DNA of 64,000 nucleotides, from positions 352,001 through 416,000 of the forward strand of contig CAWJTV010000005.1 in the NCBI GenBank assembly GCA_963845755.1. The letters run 5' to 3'. The notes beneath the pieces are model-generated. The model was not told where the DNA came from. It ran no database searches and saw nothing but the letters and a program-made list of their open reading frames with translations. The position numbers were made by a program, and so were the translations under genes. Every line of letters begins with the position of its first letter. The first letter of the stretch is position 1. This document shows, in pieces, positions 43,124-53,876 of this stretch. Origin of the DNA: an uncultured Planctomycetota bacterium. Lineage in GTDB: Bacteria > Planctomycetota > Planctomycetia > Isosphaerales > Isosphaeraceae.

Positions 43124-45416
43124 TGGAGTAGGCTCCCCATGGTGGTTGTTTGTGGGAACACTGTGCCGAGCGGCGTCCCCGGTACGAGCTCATCGGGCCG
43201 GATCGCCCGGACCCGCGCCGCGCAGGCCTTGTAGGCGGGCTGCCGGGACTCGGGATCGAAGACGGCGTCGGTCAGTCGGTTGGTGGATCCGTCGTGCATG
43301 GGCAAGAAGAGATGTCGAATCGGGACGGTCGGAGTCAGGAACGCTCGGACGCGAGCCTGCCCCCGGCGTGACTCGACGATCACCCACTGGCCGGGCCGCA
43401 AGCCGAGACCCTCGGCGTCGGCAGGGTTGATCTCGACGTAGGGGTCCTGGGGATACAACTTCCGCAGGATATCGGACTTGCCCGTACGTGTCTGGGTATG
43501 CCACTGTGCGGCACTACCTCGGCCGGTCAGGAGCTGGAGAGGAAACTCGCCGCCCGGTGGCTCGGGCGTCGGGCGCGGCTCCTCGAAGACGAACCGGGCG
43601 CGGCCGTCCTTGTGGTAGAAACGGCCGTCGACGAAGAGACGCCGTTGCGGAGCGAGATCCGCGCCCTCGGTCGGGAACGGCCACTGGATACCGCCGGTCT
43701 CGTCGAGCATGTGGTAGTCCGTGATGCCGGAGATGTCGCAGGGCATCTCCGTCGTGAGCGTCTTTAGGGACCGGAAGACCGCCTCGGGCGATTCCCACAG
43801 GGCGAACATCGAGCCGCAACCGTAGTAATGAGCGACGAGCTTGAAGATGTGGAAGTCGGACAGGGCCTGGCCCGGGGCGCGGCGCACTTTCTTGATCAGC
43901 CCGATCCGCCGCTCGGAGTTAATGAATGTACCCTCCTTCTCACCCCAGGCGGCCGCCGGCAACACTAGGTCGGCAAGTCGGGCCGTCTCGGTCGAGTGGT
44001 ACATGTCCTGCACCACCAAGAAGTCCAGCCGGTCGAGGATGGCGCGGAGACGGTCCTGGTCGATCCAGGAGTGGGCCGGGTTAGTGCCGATCACCCACAG
44101 GCCACGGATCTTGCCATCTCGAATGCCATCGAGGATCTGATCGTAGGCCCAGCTCGCGCTCCTGGGGATCCGTTCCTCAGGGATCCCGAGCAGTCCGGCG
44201 ACCTTGGCGCGGTGCAAGGGGTTGGCGAAGTCGTGTCCCCCAAGAAGATTGGTGGTGTTCGAGAACAGTCGGGAGCCCATCGCGTTGCACTGGCCGGTGA
44301 TCGAGTTGGCCCCGGTCCCCGGCCGTCCGATCTGACCCGTCATGAGCGCCAGGTTGATGATCGCCTGCGCCGTGCGCACACCCTGATGGCTCTGGTTGAC
44401 GCCCATCGTCCACCAGAAGGAGACGCGTGAGCGCTCGTGGATTCGCCGTGCTGCATCGTGGATCGTTTCGGCGCTCAGACCAGTCTCGCCGGCCACCCGC
44501 TCATCATCGAAGGGGCGGACGAAGGCGGCGAATTCGTCGAATCCGGTCGTATGGGCCTCGATGAACGGCCGGTCGATCCAACGGTTACGGATCAGCACGT
44601 TTGCCAGGCTATAGAGAAGCACGAGGTCGGTCTTGGCCCGCACCGGAAGGTGGAGCGAGGCGGCCATCGCCGTCTCGGTCCTCCGGGGATCGACGACGAT
44701 GATCTCTGGCGAGTTGCGGTTACGCATCACCCGCTCCCAGAGGATCGGGTGGGCGATGCAGACATTTGCGCCGATCAGGACGATGCAATCCGACTCCTCA
44801 AGATCCTCGTAGGAGTAAGGCGGGGCATCGAACCCGAACGCCTGCTTGTAGGCCACGACGGCCGTCGCCATGCATTGGCGCGTGTTGCCGTCGCCGTGAA
44901 CCACACCCATGCCGAACTTGGTCAAGGCCCCGAGCATCGCCATTTCTTCGGTGGCGATCTGACCCGTGCTCAGGAAGGCGATGGACTCGTCGCCGTGGGC
45001 CGCCTGGATCGCTCGGAACCGGTCTGTCATCGCCGTCAGCGCAGTGTGCCAGTCGACCGGCGACTGCTGGCCATCCGCGCCCTCAGGAGTGGCACCGTGG
45101 CGCGGTCGGGGGCATCCAGGACGCTCAGCGCTTCCCAGCCCTTGGGACAGGCCAGGCCGCGATTCACGGGGTAGTTGGTCGTCGGGGTGAGATTAACCGC
45201 CTCGCCATTGCGGATGTGGATGGTGAGGCCGCAGCCCGTGGAACAGAAGCCACAGACCATCCCCGTCGTCGCGTCGGGTGTCTTGCCGGCGGGGACTTGC
45301 CCCAGCCCAAACCCGCCCTGAGCCCTGAGCAGTTCGCGAGTCAATCGGCCGTCGCGGGCACGGACGAAGTTGAGTGCGCGGTCGAGCAGTGTCGGGCTCC
45401 CGCTGGCGATCGTCAC
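43120..45416 (-). CDS. nasA: Assimilatory-type nitrate reductase catalytic subunit (Mo-bisPGD); frameshift near 45075
   Basis: [77 protein letters not shown] start overlaps the upstream TGA (GTGA). Confidence 0.9.
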
Positions 45417-47132
45417 GGCAGCAGCCCTCCCGGCATCTTCGGCCTGACAACCGCGGCGAAGAACAGGTACCGCTCGGCAGTCTCCGCTCCGATCGATGTC
45501 GCCAGCGCGAGGATCGCAATTGCCGCCGTCGTTCCGGGACGCGCCCCAGGCCGCTGCCGAGATGGCCAGCGCCGGCAAGACGACGCCGCCCGCCAGGCCA
45601 AGCGATTGTCGTAGCCTGGACTGTCGATTCAGCGCCCCGCGAAGCAGGAGTGCCGTTCTTTGCAATGTTCTCACATCGGACCGGGAGAAGTCGCGAACGA
45701 GCTTCGCCTCGAACCCGAGTTTGGCGAACGAAGAGGCGATCAAGCCCATTGCCACGAGCCACAAAGGAAACGACGAGATCGCGTCAAGTGCGTCGGCGCC
45801 GCCGACCTGAGCGATGCCCAGCGCCGCCAGTGCAGTGGCCAGGCCGAGTACAACCGCGGTTCCCGCGAACTTGATCCCGACGTAACACGCGCGCCAGAAC
45901 TCCCGTCGAACGGCGTGGTAGACCATCACCGAGCTAGCAAGGCCCGCCACTCCCGACGCGACAACGGCCCCGAGCAGAGCCAATCGCAACCCCGCCGAAA
46001 CGGGCACCCAGACCGGTCGAAAGAGATCCAGCGCCACGGAGACAGTCGCGAGTGCCGCGAAGAACCCGAAGGCGAGCACCTCGCGACTGAGCCACGAATG
46101 CCTCAGGCCGATGATCGCTCGGTAAGCATAGAGTGGCCGGCCCAGATGGAGGACGCTCGCTATCAGCCCCGCCCATCCCATGCCGAGGCAGAGGGCGGTG
46201 TGGAGGACCGTGCCGACGCCGTGGGTCGCCCCGCCTGCGACGGCGGCCAGTTCTACCACGAAGCCGCCGACCGCCAGTTGAGTCAGCACGAGCATGACGA
46301 CCAGTGGCCAGTGAGCGTGCTCGGGCTCGAGGCGGTGGTCATCCGCCGGCAACACGTCCCCGGGTCCCCGCAGGTGGCTCGACCGGTAAAAGGTTGTTGG
46401 TAGAGTGGATCCCGGATCCGGCACACCGGGCAGGAACACACCAGCCTCGGCCCGCGCGATGACCTCTTTGCGATCTACGATCCGAATAACGATCGCCTCG
46501 TGCGGGCAGGCCTGGATGCAAGCCGGGGCCTCACCGGCCGCGAGTCGATCGCTGCACATGTCGCATTTGCGGACGATTCCCTTGCCCGCGTGAAACCTGG
46601 GCGCATCGTACGGGCAGGCCAAGGTACAGTACTGGCAACCGAAGCACTGGTCGTCGAGATGCCGGACGATCCCCGTGACTGGGTCCTTCTCGTAGGCGTC
46701 GACCGGGCAGGCGGTCAGGCAGGCCGGTTCCAGACAATGATGGCACGCGGTTGTTATATGCTGAAGGATCGGCAGCCCCGGCTGTCCACCAAGGACCAGG
46801 CCCACCTCGCGCCAGGACTCGCCTTCGTCTAACCCGTTGAGGTTGTGGCAAGCTGCCACGCATGCCTTGCAGCCGGAACATCGGTCAAGGTCAACCTCGA
46901 ACGCATACTGCTGCCCAGGACCCGGGGGTTGGGCCGGCATCAGGGCCGAGTAGTACCGGCCCTGGAGCGGCGCATCCGCGTCTTCGTGGATCTGTGCGAA
47001 CCGCTCCACGGCGCTGAGGTCCCACTGCTCCTCCAGGAAGGAACCGATCAGGCCGGCGTTCGGCAGGATCGCCCCGAACGCTGGCTCTCGGTCCAGCACC
47101 GGCATCGTAACCTGCGATCCAGCGAAGTTCAT
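45413..47132 (-). CDS. Fused DmsB-like 4x[4Fe-4S] domain and DmsC/NrfD-like membrane anchor; frameshift near 45535
   Basis: CSGCKAC..C, CHHC..PAC..CP, CFGCQYC..CP, KCDMC..PAC..CP; then HWPLVVMLVLTQ, SVLHLGRP..SWLSRE, about 8 TMs, and ERYLFF end in ORF 45413-45601. Confidence 0.88.
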
Positions 47133-47273
47133 AAAAACAAAGCTCCGGTCGAATGTCCGGCGTCAGGACGAGGAATCGCCGCTCGGGCTTCACTCGAATG
47201 GCTGTGCAGGTGTGGCCGCCAAGCACTGCCGGTGAGGAGAGGAACCAGATGGCGATCAGCGGATGAGGCAAGA

Positions 47274-47289
47274 AGCAGAGCTCGTGCCG
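47274..47289 (-). promoter_or_regulatory. Sigma54 (-24/-12) promoter for the dmsBC-nasA-nirBD operon
   Basis: Minus strand reads CGGCACGAGCTCTGCT, i.e. GG-N10-GC with GGCACG and TGC, about 140 bp upstream of ATG 47132. Confidence 0.7.
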
Positions 47290-47456
47290 AGCTATGGGCC
47301 AGCCGTCACATCTAAGGTGAATCGCTTCGGAACGACGAAAGCCAGTTTCGGATGGCTTCGGTTTCCCTTCAAGGGCTTGCGCAAAACCGAAGGGTCAACC
47401 GCATGGACCCGAGATCGAGGCCCGCCCAGGCTTTGGGCGCGATTGCTAAAGATCAA

Positions 47457-47473
47457 GGCACGCTCGCGGTGCC
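47457..47473. promoter_or_regulatory. NtrC-like enhancer site
   Basis: GGCAC-GCTCGCG-GTGCC matches GCAC-N7-GTGC, about 170 bp upstream of the sigma54 element. Confidence 0.5.
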
Positions 47474-47586
47474 AGAGCTGGCCAGACTCGCTCGTGCGCA
47501 AGGACCAGTCGGGTTGTCTGGGAGCACTAATCCTCGTCGCTCTCCCGCCCCAGCGCGCTCAATGGAACTGGTCCCGGGACGACGTC

Positions 47587-48220
47587 TCAACTCGGGTCGC
47601 GGACGCCTTCTAACCCGACCTCGTGGACGACGGTCAGCCGCAGGAGTTCGATCAGTGAGCGGACCCCGAGCTTGCGCATAAGGCTCGATCGCCTCAGCTC
47701 GACGGCTCGGGGCGTGATCTGGAGCGAGCTCGCGATTTCCTTATTCGGCCGCCCCTCCTTGATCAATTCGAGGACCTCGCGCTCCTTGTCGGTCAGCCGG
47801 TCGAATCTCAGTGCCAGCTTCTCGCGATTGGCGATCCGGCCGCGGCGCTCGGTGTCGTTCTTGATCGCGCGCTGGACCTTGTCCAGGAGAGTCTGGCGAT
47901 TGAACGGCTTCTCGACGAATTCGACGGCACCGGACTTCATGGCCCGAACCGCCATCGTGACATCGGCATATGCCGTGATGAAGATGACGGGCATGCCTTC
48001 GCCACGCGCGACCAATTCTTCGAAGAGGTCGAGACCGCTTGTTCCCGGCATCCGCACGTCGAGGATCACGCAACCAGGCCCGTCCGGGGTGAAATCGCGG
48101 AGGAATTCGGCGGCTGAGGCGAATGTCTGCGGGGCGGAGCCCGACGGTCTTCATCAGCCAGCGCAGCGAGTCCCGCATGTCGGGGTCGTCATCCACGATG
48201 TAAACTGCTGACTGATCCAT
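47587..48220 (-). CDS. FixJ/TtrR-family response regulator (REC plus LuxR HTH); frameshift in the C-run near 48132
   Basis: VYIVDDDPDMRDSLRWL, ILDVRMPGTSGLDL, AMKSGAVEFVEKPF, LTDKEREV..NKEIA..VELRRSSLMRKL. Confidence 0.9.
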
Positions 48221-49670
48221 CGTCGATACTGCCGGACGGAAGCCTGAAGTGGAAGCTTGTTCTGGCGCCGGGACAGGATGTGACGCTGATCCGCCCCTGG
48301 TGGGCCTCGATGAGGGTTCGGCAGATCGCCAGGCCCATGCCCAGCCCACCGGCACGCGTGCTGAAGTACGCATCAAAAACCCGGTCCAGTGACTCGGGAT
48401 CGATCCCCTCTCCATTGTCGATGACGGCGAATTCGACACCCCCGGACTCGGCTCGCTGTGTCTGCATAACTAACATGGGCTGAAGCGGTTGCGCCGCGAG
48501 AGCCTCGAAAGCATTTCGAACCAGATTCACGAGGACCTGCTGAATCTGAATGGGATCGCCCCACAGATAAGGCAAATCGGGTGCCAGCTCTACCCGGACG
48601 GCAATCCCCCGCTGTTCGGCCTCTCCGCGGAGGATCTCCTGGACCTCCTCGACGACTCGGTTCGGCTCGAATCTCTCGCGCCTCAGTTCATGGCGGGTTA
48701 CAAACTTGCGGATCCGGTCGATGATCTGGCCGGCGCGGAGCGTCGTGGCCAGCAGTCGCTCCACCGCAGTACGGACTTCATCCAGGGCCGGCTGTGGCGC
48801 CGCGAGTTCGACCAGACAGCCCTCGGCGTAGTTGGCGATGGCACCCAACGGCTGGTTGAGCTCGTGGGCCAAGCCGCAGGCCATTTCGCCGATCGTCGTC
48901 GTGCGTGCGACGTGACTGAATTGCTCGACGAGCGCACGGTGCCGCTCGCCGGCGAACTCCAACTCGCGGGTCCGCAAGAGGACTCCGGCCTCCAGATCGT
49001 CACGCGCCTGCTTCAACTCGGAGATCCGGCGCCGGATCAGTGCAGCCGCCGGTCGGAGGATGAACAGGCCGATCGCCGCGAGGGTCACCAGGATCAAGCC
49101 CGTGACGATCCATCCGATACGACGAAGGTCGGCGACCCGACCTCGTGCTTCTCTCTCGTAAAGTCCGACGACTTGATCCATTCGTCGGAGGTATTCGGCC
49201 TCGTTGTCGAGGATGATTCCCACTTCCTCCCGTACCCTGGCGATGCCGTGCCGGAATTCGTTGTCGTCTTGCGTCATCTGCCGCGCCGCGTCGCGCATCT
49301 TCACATAGTAGGGATAGAGGCCCTGCAGCCTGTCCCGCACGATCTCACTACTCCGGCCGACTCGTGATGGAGCCTCTTCGTCGCGAAGGAGTTGTTCCTG
49401 GGAGACGGACCAGATTCCGAGCACCTGTCTCATCTCTTCGAGATAAGCCTGCGCCCCTCCGCCCCGCCCGCCTTCGATGGCCAGGGCAGCCTTGACCAGG
49501 CGCTGACTGAGCATACGCTGCCGACCGGCAACATTGATCAAGGGGGCATCGGTCATCAGTTGGATCAAATACGGCTGGACCAACACCTGATTGCCCAGGA
49601 CCAGGATCGCTACAACGGCTAGAGCGATCCAGTACCTCTGGCCGAAGATTTCCACAATCTGCTCATTCAT
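48189..49670 (-). CDS. Sensor histidine kinase: PilJ/NarX-type periplasmic domain on a FixL-like HisKA/HATPase core
   Basis: TM, INVAGRQRMLSQRL, TM; GEMACGLAHELNQPL, QQVLVNLVRNAFEA, DNGEGI, FSTRAGGLGMGLAIC. Confidence 0.9.
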   Translation of the reverse strand: MNEQIVEIFGQRYWIALAVVAILVLGNQVLVQPYLIQLMTDAPLINVAGRQRMLSQRLVKAALAIEGGRGGGAQAYLEEMRQVLGIWSVSQEQLLRDEEAPSRVGRSSEIVRDRLQGLYPYYVKMRDAARQMTQDDNEFRHGIARVREEVGIILDNEAEYLRRMDQVVGLYEREARGRVADLRRIGWIVTGLILVTLAAIGLFILRPAAALIRRRISELKQARDDLEAGVLLRTRELEFAGERHRALVEQFSHVARTTTIGEMACGLAHELNQPLGAIANYAEGCLVELAAPQPALDEVRTAVERLLATTLRAGQIIDRIRKFVTRHELRRERFEPNRVVEEVQEILRGEAEQRGIAVRVELAPDLPYLWGDPIQIQQVLVNLVRNAFEALAAQPLQPMLVMQTQRAESGGVEFAVIDNGEGIDPESLDRVFDAYFSTRAGGLGMGLAICRTLIEAHQGRISVTSCPGARTSFHFRLPSGSIDDGSVSSLHRG

Positions 49671-50089
49671 AATTGTGTCTCGATGACATGGCTGCCTCAG
49701 CGCTTTGTGGCGATACGCTTGTCGATCGCCACCATGGCCCTGCAGACTCTGGGCATCAGGGCGGTCATCCGGGTCGTGCCCCTCCACGATCCGTTCGAGA
49801 TCCGTGTCCCGACACTCCTCGTTCCGATCACTCGGGGCTCGCTGTGTTCATTCTGCCGGTTCTGCCGGCAAGCTTGAAGAGGATGACCGGCAGGTTTTCC
49901 GGAGCTGGTCTGATCTTCGCACCATCGGCTTCGACCTGTAACGTCATCCTGGTCGGTATCAGCCATGGCTCGAAGAGCCCGGCGCGCCCTCATCATACGG
50001 AATCGGCCTCCCAGGACTTGCGGGCCTTCAGTATGATTGGCAGGTTCCGATACGGAGCGGGCAGGTCATCGCATCGAAAGGAGTCATCG

Positions 50090-52861
50090 ATGGTCACGAT
50101 TCCTGCATCTGTCCCGGTGCTCTTCCTGGTTCTTGCGATTTCAACTTGTGCGGCCGGGACGCCAGGGTCCGCACTAGCCGGCACGGGAACGAAACCCCGT
50201 ATCCTGAATCTCCGCGTTGTCGAGCGCGACGGGGAAAAGCCCATTGGGGGCGTGGCGATCCAATCCTTGCCGGGTCGCGAGGACAAACCGGAATTCCAGG
50301 GCACCTCGGATGCACAGGGTCGCTGCGCCATCCCGATCCCGTCCAACGCCGGGAAATCGCATCACTTCGCCGTCCTCGCGTGGAAAGATGGTTTTGTTCC
50401 CGTCCGTGTCATGTGGGGTCATAACCGGGAGTTCGAGTTCGAGGGAATCCCCGCGACCTACAATGTGATCCTCGATCGAGGCACCCCGATCGGCGGAGTC
50501 CTGCGCGACGATCGGGGCCGGCCCGTTGCCGGTGCCCGGGTCTTCCCGATGCTCAGCGATCGACGGAGTGAGATCGAATACCTGGATCTCCCAAGGGACA
50601 CGAGCTTCACCACCGATTCCGAGGGCCGATGGCGATCCACGATCCTCCCGGCCTCGCGGGAAACCGGCGAGATGCGCTTTCGTGTCGAGCACCCTCGCTT
50701 CCTCAGCAGCCGTCGAGACTTCGATCGGCGCCTGCCGATCAAAGAACTCCGCGCCCTGACCGCGACGATGGTGATGGAAACCGGCTTCACCCTGCACGGC
50801 ACGGTCACCGATCGGAAAGGCAAGCCGATCGAAGCGGCCGCGGTCGTCTGTTGGGGCGCCACTCAGGAGGACGACCAGGTCCGTGTGAAATCCGGGGCCG
50901 ATGGCCGGTTTCAATTCGCGAACCGCCCGCCTGGGATCTCCCTGATCACGGCCGAAGTGCCGGGTCTGGCGAGGGACGTGAAACAGGTCTGGCTCGGTCC
51001 GCCCGACTCGAATCCAGGTCCGCCTTTGATGGCGGTGGTCCCGTTCGCCCCCAACGACGCAAAGACACCCGCCCGCGACCTGTCGATCGAACCGGAGCCC
51101 TTTGCCTCCATGCCCGCAAACTTCTTCGCCAGCGACGCAACGCAGATCGCCCGGGACGGGCCTTGCAAGCCGCCGCTGATATTTTGCCTGGGGCCGGGAC
51201 GGACGATCCGGGGGCGTGTCCTCGACGCCAAGGGACGGCCCATTGCCGGGACGAGGGTCACGCCCGAGTTCAAGGGGCATCTGGACCTGCTCGGCTGGCG
51301 AGCCGATACCGACACCGATGGACGCTTCCGGTGGACGAACGCGCCGCAACCGACTTGGTTAGCCATCCGCCCTGTGAGACAGATGCCTGATGGCCAATTC
51401 CAGGCGACGAGCGCGCCCCTCGAGGTCATGGTCCTGAACGTGGAAAACCCGGCAGATGGCCAGAGGTTCCGCCGGTTCGGTCCGGGCGCGCAGGACGGCG
51501 AGTTCGTCGTCACGATGCCGCCCCCATTCCGCTTGCGTGGAAAGGTTGTTGACGCCGAGACGGGCCGGCCGATCGACCAATTCCGACTGATCGAGGGTGT
51601 CGTCTGGACCCACGATTTCGCTCCCGAGGATGACGAGGACCCGCCGGACTGGTCTCTCGGTCGAGGCGCCACGATCGTCGGCGGCCACTACGAAGTCCGC
51701 TTTCCCAGATTGAGCCCTCCGGACGAGATGCCGGATTTCTATTACACAATGCTGGTTATCCGCGTCGAGGCCGAGGGATATGCTCCGGCGATCTCGTGGA
51801 GATACGATGTCAAGGAGGGCGAACAGACCTGCGACTTCGCCTTGCACAAGCATCCCTGGATCAAAGGAGTGGTGCGCGCGCCTGATAATTCGCCGGTCGT
51901 CGGAGCCGAGGTCGCAGTCGCCGTCCCGGGCCGGCCTGCGCCGATCATCTACAACGGACGGCTGGCGCGAGGCTGGCCAGGAGATGTCGTCCGGACGGGG
52001 CCCGACGGGAGGTTCTCTATTGCGATCCCCGACCAGGGCGGCCGGATCGTCGTGGTGAGCGATCGGGGTCTCGCCCAGCGTACGCTCGAGGAGCTGATCG
52101 CTGAACCGATAGTGACCCTCGAGCCCTGGGGCGGAATCCGCGGACAACTCCGAGTCGGGACGAACGTCGGGGTGGGCCGGCTCGTCGGCGCGGTGGTCTC
52201 GCAGTCCGACCATCGCGGGGAGCCTGCGGTATCCTTGACCTCGCGGGCTCTGACCGACGCCGATGGTCGGTTCTTGATGGATCGGGTCGCGCCGGGCCAC
52301 GCGATGATCTTCCGGCCGCACTGGTTTGCCGACGGCACGTCGTATCACTCGCATCGCCGAGGGGTGGACATCGCATCGGGTCAGCAGGTCGAACTCACGC
52401 TAGGGGGCGCGGGTCGGCCGGTCATCGGCCGCATCACTCGGGCCGCAGGGCTGCCATCGTTCGACCTCGACTCCGTCACGGGCCGGCTCCGGTTCGTGCA
52501 GCCAACACCGCGGTTCCCCGAAGGCTTCCAGGAATGGGTCACTGAGAAGCAGCAGAGGTGGTGGCGTGCGTACTTCCAGACCGAGGAAGGACGGAGGTAC
52601 TACGAGCGGGCCAACGCCTACGTTGTGAAGGTCGAGCCGGACGGCTCATTCCGCCTCGACGACGTTCCGGGGGGCCGCTACCGGCTGAACTTCGAGTTCG
52701 AGACCGTTGCCCTCGACTCGTCTAAGGACCCGAACAACGTTCCGACCAGGATCGCCGTGCTGGAGATATACTTCGTCACGCCCTCCGGCCCCGACCACAA
52801 ACCGATGGATCTCGGCACGTTGACCCTGACGCCGCCCGCGCCGGATGTGGTCGACCAATAA
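50090..52861 (+). CDS. Secreted protein with multiple carboxypeptidase-regulatory-like beta-sandwich domains
   Basis: AAAGGAG RBS, signal peptide, repeated GxVxDxxGxPIxGA..TDxDGRF units. Confidence 0.85.
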   Translation: MVTIPASVPVLFLVLAISTCAAGTPGSALAGTGTKPRILNLRVVERDGEKPIGGVAIQSLPGREDKPEFQGTSDAQGRCAIPIPSNAGKSHHFAVLAWKDGFVPVRVMWGHNREFEFEGIPATYNVILDRGTPIGGVLRDDRGRPVAGARVFPMLSDRRSEIEYLDLPRDTSFTTDSEGRWRSTILPASRETGEMRFRVEHPRFLSSRRDFDRRLPIKELRALTATMVMETGFTLHGTVTDRKGKPIEAAAVVCWGATQEDDQVRVKSGADGRFQFANRPPGISLITAEVPGLARDVKQVWLGPPDSNPGPPLMAVVPFAPNDAKTPARDLSIEPEPFASMPANFFASDATQIARDGPCKPPLIFCLGPGRTIRGRVLDAKGRPIAGTRVTPEFKGHLDLLGWRADTDTDGRFRWTNAPQPTWLAIRPVRQMPDGQFQATSAPLEVMVLNVENPADGQRFRRFGPGAQDGEFVVTMPPPFRLRGKVVDAETGRPIDQFRLIEGVVWTHDFAPEDDEDPPDWSLGRGATIVGGHYEVRFPRLSPPDEMPDFYYTMLVIRVEAEGYAPAISWRYDVKEGEQTCDFALHKHPWIKGVVRAPDNSPVVGAEVAVAVPGRPAPIIYNGRLARGWPGDVVRTGPDGRFSIAIPDQGGRIVVVSDRGLAQRTLEELIAEPIVTLEPWGGIRGQLRVGTNVGVGRLVGAVVSQSDHRGEPAVSLTSRALTDADGRFLMDRVAPGHAMIFRPHWFADGTSYHSHRRGVDIASGQQVELTLGGAGRPVIGRITRAAGLPSFDLDSVTGRLRFVQPTPRFPEGFQEWVTEKQQRWWRAYFQTEEGRRYYERANAYVVKVEPDGSFRLDDVPGGRYRLNFEFETVALDSSKDPNNVPTRIAVLEIYFVTPSGPDHKPMDLGTLTLTPPAPDVVDQ

Positions 52862-52944
52862 CGAGGCGGCCGTGAGTCGTATCGCCTACCCGAACCATGG
52901 GCGGGAAGGCCATGAGGACGCGAGAGAAGGAGATCCCGTATCCC

Positions 52945-53876
52945 TCAGGTCCCGCGATGGCGTGGCTCGTTGCCTCGAGAGGAAGGCTTCGAGGTGGACA
53001 CCTTCTTGGCCTGGGGCCTTTCGGGATCCGCGGGAATCAATGAAGTGGGCAGGACCTCGTCCTCGCTCGTCAGGTCGGGAAAGCCCGGTGCAAAAGTTGG
53101 CGGGACGACCGTCATGAGTTGCTTGGCCGACCAGATACCATGCCGTTCATTCCCGGGGAAGTAGACCGGGGTGTCGAACGTCAAGGGCTTGTCCATCGTG
53201 TATTGTGAGGCAAACCGCAGACCGAACATGCAAACGGGGAACTCGGGGGCGCGCTCCATGTCGCCCACCCTGATGGCTTTGGACAGCTCGATCCCGGCGG
53301 CCATGAAAGCTTTCTGGGTCATCTCGACGCAAGAAAGCGCCTTGTCGTCGAGGGAGAGCTCGTAGTCGAACGGCACTTGCTCCTGATACACCCTGTGACA
53401 GTAGGCCATGACCTCGGGGATGGCCCGGCGATACTCCGGACGCAACCGCTTGACGCCGATCCAGCCGACGTTGTCGAGGATCCAGACGCAGAACGGCTGC
53501 CGGGCCACGCCCGTGGCGGCGTGGTATCGTAAACCACCGGCCCCTCTTCCTCCATAGACACGACACCAGTATGCGAGAACGGGCTATTGCTGCAATTGGC
53601 CAGGAATCGGCTCATCGGGAAATAGCCGTGCAGGAGGCGGGCATCACCCCGGCGGAAAACGATGTCGCCATCGCGCAGCACCTGACGGCCCCATCGGTCC
53701 CAGCGCGCCATATGAGGGGTCATGACGATCGGAGGCATCCTCCCCTCGCGCCGGGCTTCCGTGGCCGTTGGACCATAAAAATTGCCCACGTAGCCCGAAG
53801 CCAACTGCTCGCTCATCTCACGCTCTTCGGGATGGAATAACACGATGGAGAGGAACCAAGCGAGGATTCCGGTCAT
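52945..53876 (-). CDS. Permuted NlpC/P60 (YiiX/YebB-like) cysteine hydrolase; frameshift near 53515
   Basis: GDIVFRRG..FSHTGVV (His first), later VPFDY..LSCVEM (Cys). Confidence 0.82.

Noticed and set aside
45036..47132. Apparent triple fusion DmsB-DmsC-NasA N-terminus (698-aa ORF)
   Set aside because: Artefact of an indel near 45535. The true anchor end (ERYLFF..GGLLP*) is in another frame and overlaps the nasA GTG start.
47133..47265. ANTAR (NasR/NasT) twin-hairpin leader
   Set aside because: No paired hexaloop motif or terminator recognised, and no ANTAR gene in the window.
49673..50089. 139-aa N-terminal extension of the 1062-aa ORF
   Set aside because: A strong RBS and signal peptide begin at ATG 50090; the upstream part is the divergent promoter region.
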